Shown piece by piece: positions 27,583 through 37,459 of a DNA stretch of 64,000 nt. The first letter of the stretch is position 1; each line of letters starts with the position of its first letter. The stretch comes from Alphaproteobacteria bacterium (GTDB taxonomy: Bacteria; Pseudomonadota; Alphaproteobacteria; UBA7985; JAUIBT01): assembly GCA_030428565.1 (NCBI GenBank), contig JAUIDR010000002.1:72658-136657 (forward strand). Reading direction: 5' to 3'. The notes beneath the pieces are model-generated. The model was not told where the DNA came from, did no database searches, and saw only the letters and a list, made by a program, of their open reading frames with translations. Position numbers and translations under genes: made by a program.

Positions 27583-30500
27583 CTACCCGTTTTGGCGGCT
27601 GCCTTCGGGGTCAAAGAAGACCGGGCTACAGGTCACGACCTCGATCACCTTGCCGTCGGGCTGGGGTGAATAAAGGGTCTCGCCCTTGGCAGCCAGCCCC
27701 CCTTTGACAATACCCAGGGCGATCGAGCGCCCGCAGGCCGGGCTCATGTAGCTTGAGGTCACGTGGCCGACCATATCCATCGGCGGCTGCGCCTTCAGCT
27801 CACGCACCAACTGCGCGCCTTCTTCCAGCACAACGCTTGGATCAACGGTCTTGATACCGACAAGCTGCTTACGATCCGGCTTGCTCATGTCCGAGCGATA
27901 GAGCGATCGACGACCGATGAAGTCACCCTTCTTTTTGGAGACGATCCAATTCATATCCAAGTCAAACGGCATGACCGAACCATCGGTCTCCTGGCCCACG
28001 ATGATAAAGCCCTTCTCCGCACGCAGCACGTGCATGGTCTCGGTGCCGTATGGCGTGATGCCGTACTTGCGCCCGACCTGCATCAGCGTGTTCCACAGGT
28101 GCAGACCATAGTCAGACGGCACGTTGATCTCGTAGGACACATCGCCAGTGAAGGAGATGCGGAAGATCCGCGCCGGGCAATCGGCAACGGTGCCTTCGCG
28201 CCACGACATGAACTCGAATGCCTCAGCGGACAAATCGACATCGCTGCAGATTTCAGCCAGCAAATCGCGCGCTTTGGGGCCTGCGATGGTCGCGGTGGCC
28301 CACTGCTCGGTCACAGAGGTCAAATAGACCTGCATGTGCGGCCATTCGGTCTGCAGGTATTCTTCCAGATGATCCAACACCGGCGCGGCGTTGCCGGTCG
28401 TGGTGGTCATATAGAATTCGTCGTCACTGATGCGCGAGGTTACACCATCATCCAGGATCATGCCATCTTCATTCAGCATGAGGCCATAGCGACACTTGCC
28501 CGGCTTCAGCGAGGAAAATTTGTTGGTATAGACCAGATCCAAGAAAGCGCCGGCGTCTGGCCCCTTGACCACGATCTTACCCAAGGTCGAGGCATCCAAA
28601 ATGCCCACATCCTCACGCACCGCCGCACACTCGCGCAGCACGGCCTTGTGCATGCTCTCGCCCTTCTTGGGGAAGTACCAAGGGCGTTTCCACTGGCCTA
28701 CATCTTCATAGACCGCGCCGTTGTCCTCGTGCCAAGGGTGCATAGCGGTGGTGCGCGCAGGGTCCAACAGCTCGTCGATATCGCGGCCTGCGATCACACC
28801 GAAGGTCGTTGGCGTGTAGGGCAAGCGGTAGGTGGTGGTGCCGACCTTTTCGGGCGCCACATCCAGCGCTTCTGATACGATGCCAATCGCATTCAGGTTG
28901 GCCAGCTTACCTTGATCGGTCGCCATGCCGGTCGTGGTATAGCGCTTCACATGCTCGATCGAGTGCATGCCTTCGCGCACGGCCAACTGAACATCGAACG
29001 CCGTTGAATCGTTCTGGAAATCGATGAAGTGCTTGGCGCTGCCATAGCCCAGCTCTTTTTCGCCCGGCACGATCCACAAGATGCGGGTCGAACTGGCTGC
29101 TTCTGGATCGGCAGTCGGCGCTGCCGGGGCGTTGTTGGCGGGCATGCCCAGCGCTTCCAGCACCTGACCGGCCGCTTCATGACCGCTGGTTAGAACCGAT
29201 GCCAGATCCATCTGACCGGCACAGTTCCCAGCAGAGACATTGGGGTTGGCATCAGAGCCTTCAGACGGCAGGAAGCAGGACATGTCGTCCGACCAAGCCA
29301 GCTTGCCGCGCGCCATGCAGTGCGCGTGAACCGCCGGGGTCCAGCCCGCAGAGTGAACGACCAAATCGCAGGCCTGGCTAGCCGGCTTTTCGCCTTCGGC
29401 CAGGGCCTTGCCGTCTTCGCTTAGCGCCGCGACCTTGACGCCGCGCACGCTGTTCTTGCCTTTGATCGCAACGATTGCGTGGCCCGCGCGAATCGGCACG
29501 CCGCGGTCCTTGACCGCCTGCGTCAGCGCCCCGTCGGGCTCTTGGCGCAGATCGCAGACCAACGGCACTTCAATCCCCGCATCCAGCAGCGCCAAGATCG
29601 AGCCATAAGCATAGTCGTTGTTGACCATGGCCACGGCGCGCTTGCCTGGCTTGACGCCATAGCGCTTGACGTAGGTCTCTGCCGCACCGGCCAGCATGAC
29701 GCCCGGGCGGTCGTTGTCGGCAAAGACCAAGGGCCGCTCGTGCGAACCGCTGGCGATAATGACCTGGCCCGCGCGCACACGATAGAGCCGCTCGCGCGGC
29801 ATGTTGGCGGGCGGGTTAGCCATGTGATTGGTGACTTTTTCCCAAATCGCCACGTAGTTCATGTCGAAGTAGGAGATAGCTTGCGCTCGCGTCTTCAAGG
29901 TGACATTGGGCGCGGCTTCCAGCTCGGCGCGCACTTCGGCGATCCAAGCATCCGAATCCTTGCCGTCGATGGTGGCAGAGCGAGTCAATAAGTGGCCGCC
30001 CAGTTCGGGCTGATCGTCCACTACCCAGACCCGCGCATTCGAACGCGCCGCTTGGCGTGCAGCGGCCAGACCCGCCGGGCCAGCGCCGATGATCAGCACG
30101 TCGCAATAGCCATAGTGCTTTTCATAGTGGTCGGTATCGGGCACCGTCGGCGCCGTACCCAGGCCGGCAGCTTTTCGGATGAAGGGCTCATAGAGCTTCA
30201 ACCAAGCCGCCTTTGGCCACATGAAGGTCTTGTAGTAAAAGCCCGACACGAAGAACTTGGAGAAGATCGAGTTGACCGCACCCACATCGTACTTCAGCAA
30301 GGGGTAATTGTTGATCGACTTGGCGTCCATGCCATCGACCAGCTCTGCCATGGTGGTACGAGCATCGGCTTCGTGCTTGCTGGTGCCAGAATAGAGGTCA
30401 ACCAGAGCATTGGGCTCATCAACGCCCGAGGTAATGATACCACGCGGGCGGTGATACTTGAACGAACGCCCGACCAGGCGCAGGCCATTGGCCATCATAG

Positions 30501-30615
30501 CAGAGGCCAGAGTGTCGCCTGCAAAGCCCTCATAGGACTTGCCGTCAAAGGTAAAGCGGAGCGGCTGGCTGCGATCGACGCGCCCGCCTTCCGGCAAACG
30601 ATACTTCTGAGCCAT
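27583..30615 (-). CDS. soxA: sarcosine oxidase alpha subunit
   Basis: 1010 aa; N-terminal FAD/NAD Rossmann motifs plus a C-terminal aminomethyltransferase (GcvT-like) folate-binding domain. Confidence 0.9.
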   Translation of the reverse strand: MAQKYRLPEGGRVDRSQPLRFTFDGKSYEGFAGDTLASAMMANGLRLVGRSFKYHRPRGIITSGVDEPNALVDLYSGTSKHEADARTTMAELVDGMDAKSINNYPLLKYDVGAVNSIFSKFFVSGFYYKTFMWPKAAWLKLYEPFIRKAAGLGTAPTVPDTDHYEKHYGYCDVLIIGAGPAGLAAARQAARSNARVWVVDDQPELGGHLLTRSATIDGKDSDAWIAEVRAELEAAPNVTLKTRAQAISYFDMNYVAIWEKVTNHMANPPANMPRERLYRVRAGQVIIASGSHERPLVFADNDRPGVMLAGAAETYVKRYGVKPGKRAVAMVNNDYAYGSILALLDAGIEVPLVCDLRQEPDGALTQAVKDRGVPIRAGHAIVAIKGKNSVRGVKVAALSEDGKALAEGEKPASQACDLVVHSAGWTPAVHAHCMARGKLAWSDDMSCFLPSEGSDANPNVSAGNCAGQMDLASVLTSGHEAAGQVLEALGMPANNAPAAPTADPEAASSTRILWIVPGEKELGYGSAKHFIDFQNDSTAFDVQLAVREGMHSIEHVKRYTTTGMATDQGKLANLNAIGIVSEALDVAPEKVGTTTYRLPYTPTTFGVIAGRDIDELLDPARTTAMHPWHEDNGAVYEDVGQWKRPWYFPKKGESMHKAVLRECAAVREDVGILDASTLGKIVVKGPDAGAFLDLVYTNKFSSLKPGKCRYGLMLNEDGMILDDGVTSRISDDEFYMTTTTGNAAPVLDHLEEYLQTEWPHMQVYLTSVTEQWATATIAGPKARDLLAEICSDVDLSAEAFEFMSWREGTVADCPARIFRISFTGDVSYEINVPSDYGLHLWNTLMQVGRKYGITPYGTETMHVLRAEKGFIIVGQETDGSVMPFDLDMNWIVSKKKGDFIGRRSLYRSDMSKPDRKQLVGIKTVDPSVVLEEGAQLVRELKAQPPMDMVGHVTSSYMSPACGRSIALGIVKGGLAAKGETLYSPQPDGKVIEVVTCSPVFFDPEGSRQNG

Positions 30616-30914
30616 TAGAGCAGGCCTCCTTCTTCTTCAGCGCTGATCGGCGCTTCTTCGCCTTGCTTGTAGGTCGCAACGATGCGGCTAGAGACCGTAT
30701 CGCGCACAGCATTGAACCAACGACCGCAACCGGCGCTGTGGACCCAACGCTCGCGGAACAGGCCTTTGGGGTTTTCGCGCAAGTAGACGTACTCGGCCCA
30801 CTCTTGATCGCTCATGCTCTCGCTATTTTCGGGGCGAGCGATGTGGGCTTGGTCGCCGTAGTGAAATTCGGACTCATTGCGGGGGCCGCAATGGGGACAG
30901 TCGATCAACAACAT
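30615..30914 (-). CDS. soxD: sarcosine oxidase delta subunit
   Basis: 99 aa starting MLLIDCPHCGPRNESEFHYGDQAHIARP; Zn-ribbon-like CxxC...C...C motif typical of SoxD. Confidence 0.85.
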   Translation of the reverse strand: MLLIDCPHCGPRNESEFHYGDQAHIARPENSESMSDQEWAEYVYLRENPKGLFRERWVHSAGCGRWFNAVRDTVSSRIVATYKQGEEAPISAEEEGGLL

Positions 30915-30986
30915 GCTTTTGTCCTTGTAAGAAAATTCTGTGCCTAGCGGCGGGCCGCTACCATGTAGCCCCGCCGCACGCTTGCT

Positions 30987-32234
30987 TTAGTGGGCCACGC
31001 CTGCTGCGCCGTGCTCGCCGATCAAATAACCGGAGGAGAAGCGCGACAGAGCAAAGGGCTCGGCCAGCGCATGCGGGCGCTCGTTGGCGATGGTGTCGGC
31101 AAAGACCCAGCCAGAGCCCGGCGTCGCCTTGAAGCCACCCGTACCCCAGCCGCAGTTGATGTAGAGGCCTTCAACCGGCGTCTTGCCGATGATTGGGCTG
31201 GCGTCCGGGCAGGTATCCACGATACCGCCCCAAGCGCGCAGCATCTTCATGCGTCGGAACTGCGGGAACATTTCACATATAGCCGCCAGGGTGCCTTCGG
31301 TGTTGTGCATGGAGCCGCGCTGTCCATAAGAACAGTAGGCATCCGTGCCCGCACCGATCACCAGCTCGCCCTTATCGGACTGCGAGATGTAGGCGTGCAC
31401 CGCGTTTGACATGACCACGCAGTCGATGGCGGGCTTGACGGGCTCAGAGACCAGCGCCTGCAAAGGGCGGCAGTGCAGAGGTAATTTGAAGCCAGCCATG
31501 TTGGCCAGCACCGACGAGTGCCCCGCAACCACCATGCCGACGCGCTTGGCCTTGATCGGGCCCTTGGCGGTCTGAACGCCCTTGATGGCGCCGCCTTCGA
31601 TGTCGAAACCGGTAACAGGGCAATTCTGGATGATGTGAACGCCGCGCTTGGCTGCGCCGCGTGCGTAGCCCCAAGCCACCGCATCGTGACGCGCCGTGCC
31701 GCCGCGTCGCTGGAGGCTGGCCCCCATGACTGGATAGCGACCGCCGCCTCGCAGGTCGATTGCCGGGCAGAACTCTTTAACCTGCTGAGCATCCAAGAAT
31801 TCGGAATCGATGCCGTTCAAACGGTTGGCATTGACCCGGCGCTTGGTCTCGCGCACGTCATGGACGTTGTGGCACAGGTTCATGACCCCGCGCTGCGAGA
31901 ACATGACGTTGTAGTTCAGCTCTTGGCTCAGGTTTTCCCACAGCTTGAGCGCCGTCTCATAGAGCTTGGCCGACTCATCCCAAAGATAGTTGGAGCGAAC
32001 GATGGTGGTGTTACGGCCGGTATTGCCGCCACCGATCCAGGCCTTTTCCAATACCGCGACATTGTTAATGCCGTGCTGGCTAGCCAAATAGTAGGCCGTC
32101 GCCAGGCCATGGCCGCCGCCACCGATGATGATGACATCATACTCGGGCTGTGGGTCGGGGCTGCCCCAAAGCTGGGGCCAGTTTTTATGATGCGAAAGCG
32201 TGTTTCGCAGCAAGCTGAAAGCAGAATATCGCAC
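30987..32234 (-). CDS. soxB: sarcosine oxidase beta subunit
   Basis: 415 aa with N-terminal dinucleotide-binding motif [18 protein letters not shown]; first gene of the operon. Confidence 0.9.
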   Translation of the reverse strand: MRYSAFSLLRNTLSHHKNWPQLWGSPDPQPEYDVIIIGGGGHGLATAYYLASQHGINNVAVLEKAWIGGGNTGRNTTIVRSNYLWDESAKLYETALKLWENLSQELNYNVMFSQRGVMNLCHNVHDVRETKRRVNANRLNGIDSEFLDAQQVKEFCPAIDLRGGGRYPVMGASLQRRGGTARHDAVAWGYARGAAKRGVHIIQNCPVTGFDIEGGAIKGVQTAKGPIKAKRVGMVVAGHSSVLANMAGFKLPLHCRPLQALVSEPVKPAIDCVVMSNAVHAYISQSDKGELVIGAGTDAYCSYGQRGSMHNTEGTLAAICEMFPQFRRMKMLRAWGGIVDTCPDASPIIGKTPVEGLYINCGWGTGGFKATPGSGWVFADTIANERPHALAEPFALSRFSSGYLIGEHGAAGVAH

Positions 32235-32582
32235 GGCGGGATCCTGTTCGAACGCGGTTTAAAGGCAAAATTTTCGCCCACAATACTGTCTTCACTGGGC
32301 CGCTGTCGCTCAAAAACCCGGAGCCAGCGACCAAAAGCGACACTTAAGGCCCTCTAACGCCTCTGAAAGCCAACTGCGGCGACCTGTCTTAGGACGCTTT
32401 TTTTCGAGAAGTCCCCTCCGTCGCACGCTCAAACACATCAATCCAAGGCAGGAAATCGCCTTACGCCCGGAAATGCCCTGCTTGTTGCCCAGAAAAGTAT
32501 CGCGGAAATGAAACTTTGGCTTGTCGCAATCAACATAGTCGTGTCACGGTGATTTCTCGATTTCGAGTCGTGCCCAGCAATT

Positions 32583-33578
32583 TTGGATGGCAATAGGAAC
32601 CCGACACGCATGTTTGAGAAAGCCCGCAAGGATGAGGTCTTTCACATCAGCTTCGTGCTGGTGCCCAACTTCTCCATGATTTCCTTTACCTCCGCGGTCG
32701 AGCCCTTCCGTCTCGCCAATCGCACGACAGGCGACACCCTATATACTTGGACGATTCACTCCGAACATGGCGTGCCCGTCGTCGCCTCAAACGGCTTGTC
32801 GATGCAAGAAACGCTGCGACTGGACCAAGTAGACCCCAAATCCTTGGTCATGTTGGTGGGCGGCTTGGATATCCACCGCAATGTATCTAGCAATGTCCTG
32901 AATTGGCTGCGCAAGGCCGACCGCATGGGGGCCAACTTGGGCGCTTTGTGCACGGGTTCTTATGCGCTGGCCAAAGCGGGACTGCTGGATGGCCACAGCG
33001 CGACCATCCACTGGGAGAATATCGCGGCGCTGTCCGAGGAATTCCCCGAGGTCGAAATCACTTCCGATATCTATGAGATCGACGGCAAACGCGTGACCTG
33101 CGCGGGCGGCACGGCGCCGCTGGATCTGGCCTTGCACATCATCTCTCAACATCACGGCGGTGAGCTGGCGGCTTCGGTCGCGGACCAATTCATGATCGAG
33201 CGCATTCGCGACGAATACGACAATCAAAAGGTCTCCCTGCCGGCGCGCTTGGGCGTCAAGCATCCCAAATTGCTGCAGGTTATCCAGCGCATGGAAGCCA
33301 ATCTGGAAGAACCGCTATCCCGCTCTGATCTGGCCGAAGAAGCCAACCTGTCAACGCGCCAACTCGAACGCCTGTTTCGCAAGTATCTCAACCGTTCGCC
33401 CGCACGCTATTATCTGGAACTGCGCCTGAAGCGCGCGCGTTTGCTGCTGCTGCAAACCAACATGTCGGTGATCGACGTGGCACTGGCTTGCGGATTTGTT
33501 TCGGCCAGCCACTTTTCTAAGTGCTATCGCGATTGTTACCACAAGACCCCCCGCAAAGAGCGGGGCTTGCTCAGCTAG
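32583..33578 (+). CDS. GlxA-family (DJ-1/PfpI domain + AraC HTH) transcriptional regulator, divergent from soxB
   Basis: 331 aa; N-terminal class-I glutamine amidotransferase-like domain and C-terminal AraC-type HTH; same architecture as the GbdR/SouR-type regulators of glycine betaine and sarcosine catabolism. Confidence 0.75.
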   Translation: MDGNRNPTRMFEKARKDEVFHISFVLVPNFSMISFTSAVEPFRLANRTTGDTLYTWTIHSEHGVPVVASNGLSMQETLRLDQVDPKSLVMLVGGLDIHRNVSSNVLNWLRKADRMGANLGALCTGSYALAKAGLLDGHSATIHWENIAALSEEFPEVEITSDIYEIDGKRVTCAGGTAPLDLALHIISQHHGGELAASVADQFMIERIRDEYDNQKVSLPARLGVKHPKLLQVIQRMEANLEEPLSRSDLAEEANLSTRQLERLFRKYLNRSPARYYLELRLKRARLLLLQTNMSVIDVALACGFVSASHFSKCYRDCYHKTPRKERGLLS

Positions 33579-33778
33579 TTTGGCGAGCCGTAGCCTGCCA
33601 GCGGGAAGCTGCCAGAACCCATTCCCATTCGACGCCGCAACGATATCGCCGCGTCCTGCTTTTTAGTCTGGGGCAAAAAATTGGTTCCGCAATCGCGCTG
33701 AAACGCCCGCGCCCCCTTGCTCGACGCCCTGCGCCTGGGTATTCAAGGGCGCAGTTTCCTACGTAAAGGACCAGCCCC

Positions 33779-34564
33779 ATGGAATTCTTGCTCGACCCTG
33801 CCGTTCTCGTGGCGTTTGCCTCTTTGGTGATCCTCGAGATCATTTTGGGCGTCGATAATGTGATTTTCATCATCGTCTTATCGGACAAATTGCCCGAACA
33901 GCAACGCCCCGCGGCGCGGCGGCTGGGCATTGCCATGGCCTTGGTCTCGCGGATTATCCTCTTGTTCTCCATCTCGTGGATCATGAACCTAACGCAGCCC
34001 GCCTTCACGGTGCCGATCATCGAGCACACGCTGACTTGGCGCGATTTGGTACTACTGCTCGGCGGCTTTTTCCTGTTTTATAAGGCGACGACCGAGATTC
34101 ATGATCGCGTTGAAGGCATTGAGCACGACGACGGCAATAAGGGCGCCCAAGTCAGCATGGCGCTGATCATCATTCAAATCATGCTGCTGGACATGGTCTT
34201 TAGCCTCGATTCTGTCATTACCGCCGTCGGCATGGTGGCGGACCCGAACAGCCAGACCGCCTTGCTGTTCTGGCAACAGCTCAGCATCATGATTACCGCC
34301 GTTTTGGCATCGACCCTTGTCATGTTGCTTGCGGCCAACCCCATCGCCGAATTCATCGGCCGCCACCCGACCCTCAAAATGCTGGCTTTTTCCTTCTTGT
34401 TCATGCTGGGCTTGGTACTAATGGCAGAAGGCCTGCACCTGCACGTGCCCAAAGGCTACATCTATGCCGCTATGGCCTTTTCGATTTTTGTGGAAACGCT
34501 CAATATGCTCACGCGCCGCAACCGCGCCAAAAAGCGCATTCAGCCTACGATCACAACGCATTAA
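33779..34564 (+). CDS. TerC-family integral membrane protein
   Basis: 261 aa; conserved LEIILGVDNVIFI and a second LSLDSVITAVG half-repeat typical of TerC/YoaE. Confidence 0.75.
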   Translation: MEFLLDPAVLVAFASLVILEIILGVDNVIFIIVLSDKLPEQQRPAARRLGIAMALVSRIILLFSISWIMNLTQPAFTVPIIEHTLTWRDLVLLLGGFFLFYKATTEIHDRVEGIEHDDGNKGAQVSMALIIIQIMLLDMVFSLDSVITAVGMVADPNSQTALLFWQQLSIMITAVLASTLVMLLAANPIAEFIGRHPTLKMLAFSFLFMLGLVLMAEGLHLHVPKGYIYAAMAFSIFVETLNMLTRRNRAKKRIQPTITTH

Positions 34565-34670
34565 GCCTGCAAGCGTTTCGCCAAGCATCGCTTGACCTTT
34601 TGGTTGAGCGGTGGCAGGGCGATGTTCCACCGTTTGACGCTCGACTTTTTTCTGAAGGCATCCCTGACCT

Positions 34671-35009
34671 ATGACCTATATCGTCAACGATCTTTGCATC
34701 AAATGTAAGTACCAAGACTGCGTAGAGGTCTGCCCCGTAGATTGCTTCTATGAAGGCGAGAACATGCTGGTCATCCACCCCGATGAGTGCATTGACTGTG
34801 GCGTGTGCGAGCCTGAGTGCCCCGCTGAAGCTATTTTGCCCGATACAGACCCCACCGCCGTAGCATGGGTCGAGTTCAACCGCGAATATTCCGAAAAATG
34901 GCCGAACATCACCCAGATAGGTGACGTGCCCGCCGATGCGGATGAGTGGAAAGGTGTCGAAGGCAAGTTCGCGAAGCACTTCAGTCCCGAGCCGGGTCAA
35001 GGCAACTAG
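34671..35009 (+). CDS. fdxA: 7Fe ferredoxin (3Fe-4S + 4Fe-4S), FdxA type
   Basis: [29 protein letters not shown]...[12 protein letters not shown] is the canonical Azotobacter-type FdxA Cys pattern. Confidence 0.85.
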   Translation: MTYIVNDLCIKCKYQDCVEVCPVDCFYEGENMLVIHPDECIDCGVCEPECPAEAILPDTDPTAVAWVEFNREYSEKWPNITQIGDVPADADEWKGVEGKFAKHFSPEPGQGN

Positions 35010-35086
35010 AGCCCGCCGCGAACAAAGGCGGACGCTTGTGGGCACGGACTGGCGCTAGGCAGCAACACTTGAGGTCGCGGGCACTG

Positions 35087-35192
35087 GCGCTTTGCCAGCG
35101 CCCAAGGCTACCGGCGCTTTGCCAGCGCCCAAGGCTACCGGCGCTATGCCAGCGCCCAAGGCTACCGGCGCTATGCCAGTGCCCAAGGCTCT
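35087..35192. repeat. 4 x 27-bp tandem repeat, each unit containing a 6-bp-stem hairpin (ggcgct ttgcc agcgcc)
   Basis: ggcgctttgccagcgcccaaggctacc is repeated four times (two variants, ttt/tat) immediately downstream of fdxA. Confidence 0.7.
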
Positions 35193-35588
35193 AGTCACGG
35201 ATTTTTGGGCCTGGAATTTGGGGCCTGGAATTTAGACCGGGCAGGCTGGGACCGAAAAACGAGATCAGGATAGCCAGACGGGATATTTGGCACCGCGCCA
35301 CTCGCAAGTCACCGCCACTTTTTTAAGCGCGATGCTCATGAGCGCGACTCTGCGTGCCATGCGGCATGTGCAATGCAGGCATCGAAAATTAAAGACGCGC
35401 TAAGGTTGCAATTGCCTTAAAATGTCGGTAATATAGGGGCTTATGTGTGGGTAAGTCTCGCTTCGCGCAGGCTACCGGGCACCCTAAATCCGTCATAGCT
35501 GCAGTTTCGTGACAGAGCAACCATATTTCTTGCTTGTTTTGGCTTATAATTGCGGAGCACGGACCAAGAGATAAGGAAACTAGCGCGT

Positions 35589-36089
35589 ATGACCGAGAAT
35601 ATCGATGTCGTCGAAGGTGATTTCGTCGTCTATCCCACCCACGGCGTTGGCCGTGTCACCGGCGTAGACAGCCAGACCATCTCCGGTTTCGACATTGAAG
35701 TCATCTCTGTGTACTTCGAAAGCGAGCGCATGACCCTGCGTGTGCCTAAGCACCGCGCCGCAGACTCCGGCCTGCGTAAGCTGTCTTCTCGCAAACTGAT
35801 GGACGACGCCCTCAAGGTGTTGCGCGGTAAGGCCAAGGTCAAGCGGACCATGTGGTCACGCCGGGCCCAGGAATACGAGACCAAGATCAACTCAGGCGAT
35901 CCCATCGCCATCGCCGAGGTCGTTCGCGATCTACACCGCGATGAAGAGCAGCCCGAGCAATCTTTCTCTGAGCGCCAAATTTACCAATCAGCACTGGGTC
36001 GCCTGACCCGCGAGCTGGCGGCTATTGACGGTATCGACGAGCAAGCCGCTGAGAGCAAGTTGGCGACATTCTTGAAGAAAGTCGCTTAA
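35589..36089 (+). CDS. carD: CarD-family RNA polymerase-binding transcription regulator
   Basis: N-terminal Tudor-like RNAP-interacting domain (GDFVVYPTHGVGRV); about 166 aa; start at MTENID. Confidence 0.85.
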   Translation: MTENIDVVEGDFVVYPTHGVGRVTGVDSQTISGFDIEVISVYFESERMTLRVPKHRAADSGLRKLSSRKLMDDALKVLRGKAKVKRTMWSRRAQEYETKINSGDPIAIAEVVRDLHRDEEQPEQSFSERQIYQSALGRLTRELAAIDGIDEQAAESKLATFLKKVA

Positions 36090-36117
36090 GACAAGGCTGC
36101 GTCAGCCCCTTTTCGCA

Positions 36118-36152
36118 AAGCCCCGGTTCCAAGAGCCGGGGCTTTGTTGTGA
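36118..36152 (+). terminator. Rho-independent terminator of carD
   Basis: aaagccccgg-ttccaagag-ccggggcttt (10-bp stem) followed by gttgtg. Confidence 0.55.
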
Positions 36153-36420
36153 GGCCAGCAGCGCGCCACCCTACTGGAGCCCTCGCGCGAGGATCCCCGC
36201 AGTTCAGAGGCCCTCCGCAGACCCAGCGGCGCGCCGCGAACGGCCACCGTGCCTTGTCAGCCAACCCGTGATACGCGCTCGTTTGGCCCGCCCGCCCAAA
36301 GCGCGAGGCGACAAGATCAGCCCCTTCCAGAGGGCCGATTTGCATTTAGGGTTGAGTTTCAGCCCGCAAACGCCCAATAGATAGGCCTAATCTCAAACCA
36401 AGCGGAATCCGCCAGCACCT

Positions 36421-37230
36421 ATGGCCGCGCCACAGCCATCTCCCCGCTTTGCCACGCTCGAATCCCATGGTGCCATCTGGGCCGTGGCGTCGATCAATGG
36501 TGATGCCCAGCGCCTGCGCCAGATCCACGCGCAGATCGATGCCCAGTTCGAGCGTAACGATTCCATCGTCTATCTGGGCAACTTCTATGGCCCCTACCCG
36601 CGCGTGCTGGAGACCATTCAAGAGCTGCTGAAATTCCGCCGCCACATGCTGAACCAGCCGCGCTTTTCACCCGACCAAATCGTCTACCTACGCGGCCAAC
36701 GCGAAGAAATGGTCGAGCAGTTGCTGCGTCTGCAGTTTGCCGCCTCGCCGCGCGATTCCCTATCTTTCATGATCGAGCATGGCATTGAGTCCGTGCTGGA
36801 TGCCTACGGCTCATCGGTCGAAGAAGCGCTTGAACGCATGCGTTTATCGTTGGTTGAGCTGACCCACTACACCTTGCGCCTGCGCTCGAACATGCGCATG
36901 AACCCCGGCCACTACGAGTTCATGTCGCTGCTAAAACGCGCCGCCTACACCGCGGATCGTAAACTTTTGTTTTTGCATGCGGGCATTGATCCGTCTTTGC
37001 GTTTGGAACAACAAGGCGATACCTTCTGGTGGGGACACCGTGATTTCATCGCGATGGACAAGCAATTCGAAGGCTTCAGACGCATCTTTGCGGGCTTTTC
37101 ACCCTACAAGGATGGCTTCCAGCAGTACCAGCAAGTGACCGTGTTAGACGGCGGTTCGGGCTATGGCGGCCCGCTGTTGGCAGCCAAAATCGACCCGAAC
37201 GGCCACGTCCTGGATTTGTTAGAAGCCTAG
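36421..37230 (+). CDS. PPP-family (PrpA/PP1-like) phosphoesterase homolog whose metal-binding motifs look substituted (putative pseudophosphatase)
   Basis: 269 aa. Motif positions align to GDxHG / GDxxDRG / GNHE as NGDAQR / GNFYGPY / GQRE; later His-containing blocks read LHAGID and FAGFSPY. Confidence 0.45.
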   Translation: MAAPQPSPRFATLESHGAIWAVASINGDAQRLRQIHAQIDAQFERNDSIVYLGNFYGPYPRVLETIQELLKFRRHMLNQPRFSPDQIVYLRGQREEMVEQLLRLQFAASPRDSLSFMIEHGIESVLDAYGSSVEEALERMRLSLVELTHYTLRLRSNMRMNPGHYEFMSLLKRAAYTADRKLLFLHAGIDPSLRLEQQGDTFWWGHRDFIAMDKQFEGFRRIFAGFSPYKDGFQQYQQVTVLDGGSGYGGPLLAAKIDPNGHVLDLLEA

Positions 37231-37296
37231 CGCCGCTGTGATTTGATGCGCTTGGCCCGCCTGGTATCGTGAAGCGTGATAGGCGCGTCCGTAAAT

Positions 37297-37360
37297 GAGC
37301 AGGCCATATTTGAGCAAGCCATATTTGAGCAAGCCATATTTGAGCAGGCCCGAATTTGAG
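37297..37360. repeat. 4 x 15-bp tandem repeat (tgagcaagccatatt)
   Basis: Three good copies and one degenerate copy in the intergenic region upstream of the CapA-like gene. Confidence 0.65.
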
Positions 37361-37459
37361 AAGACGCGAATTCTAGAAGACCCGGCACGCACACGACCGG
37401 ATACCAGCAAGGCCAACGGCTGCATAAAGCCACGATAATGGGCAAGAAAGGGGGAGACG

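Noticed and set aside
27763-28875. 370-aa plus-strand ORF inside soxA
   Set aside because: Antisense shadow ORF of the 1010-aa soxA gene, which has strong family motifs.
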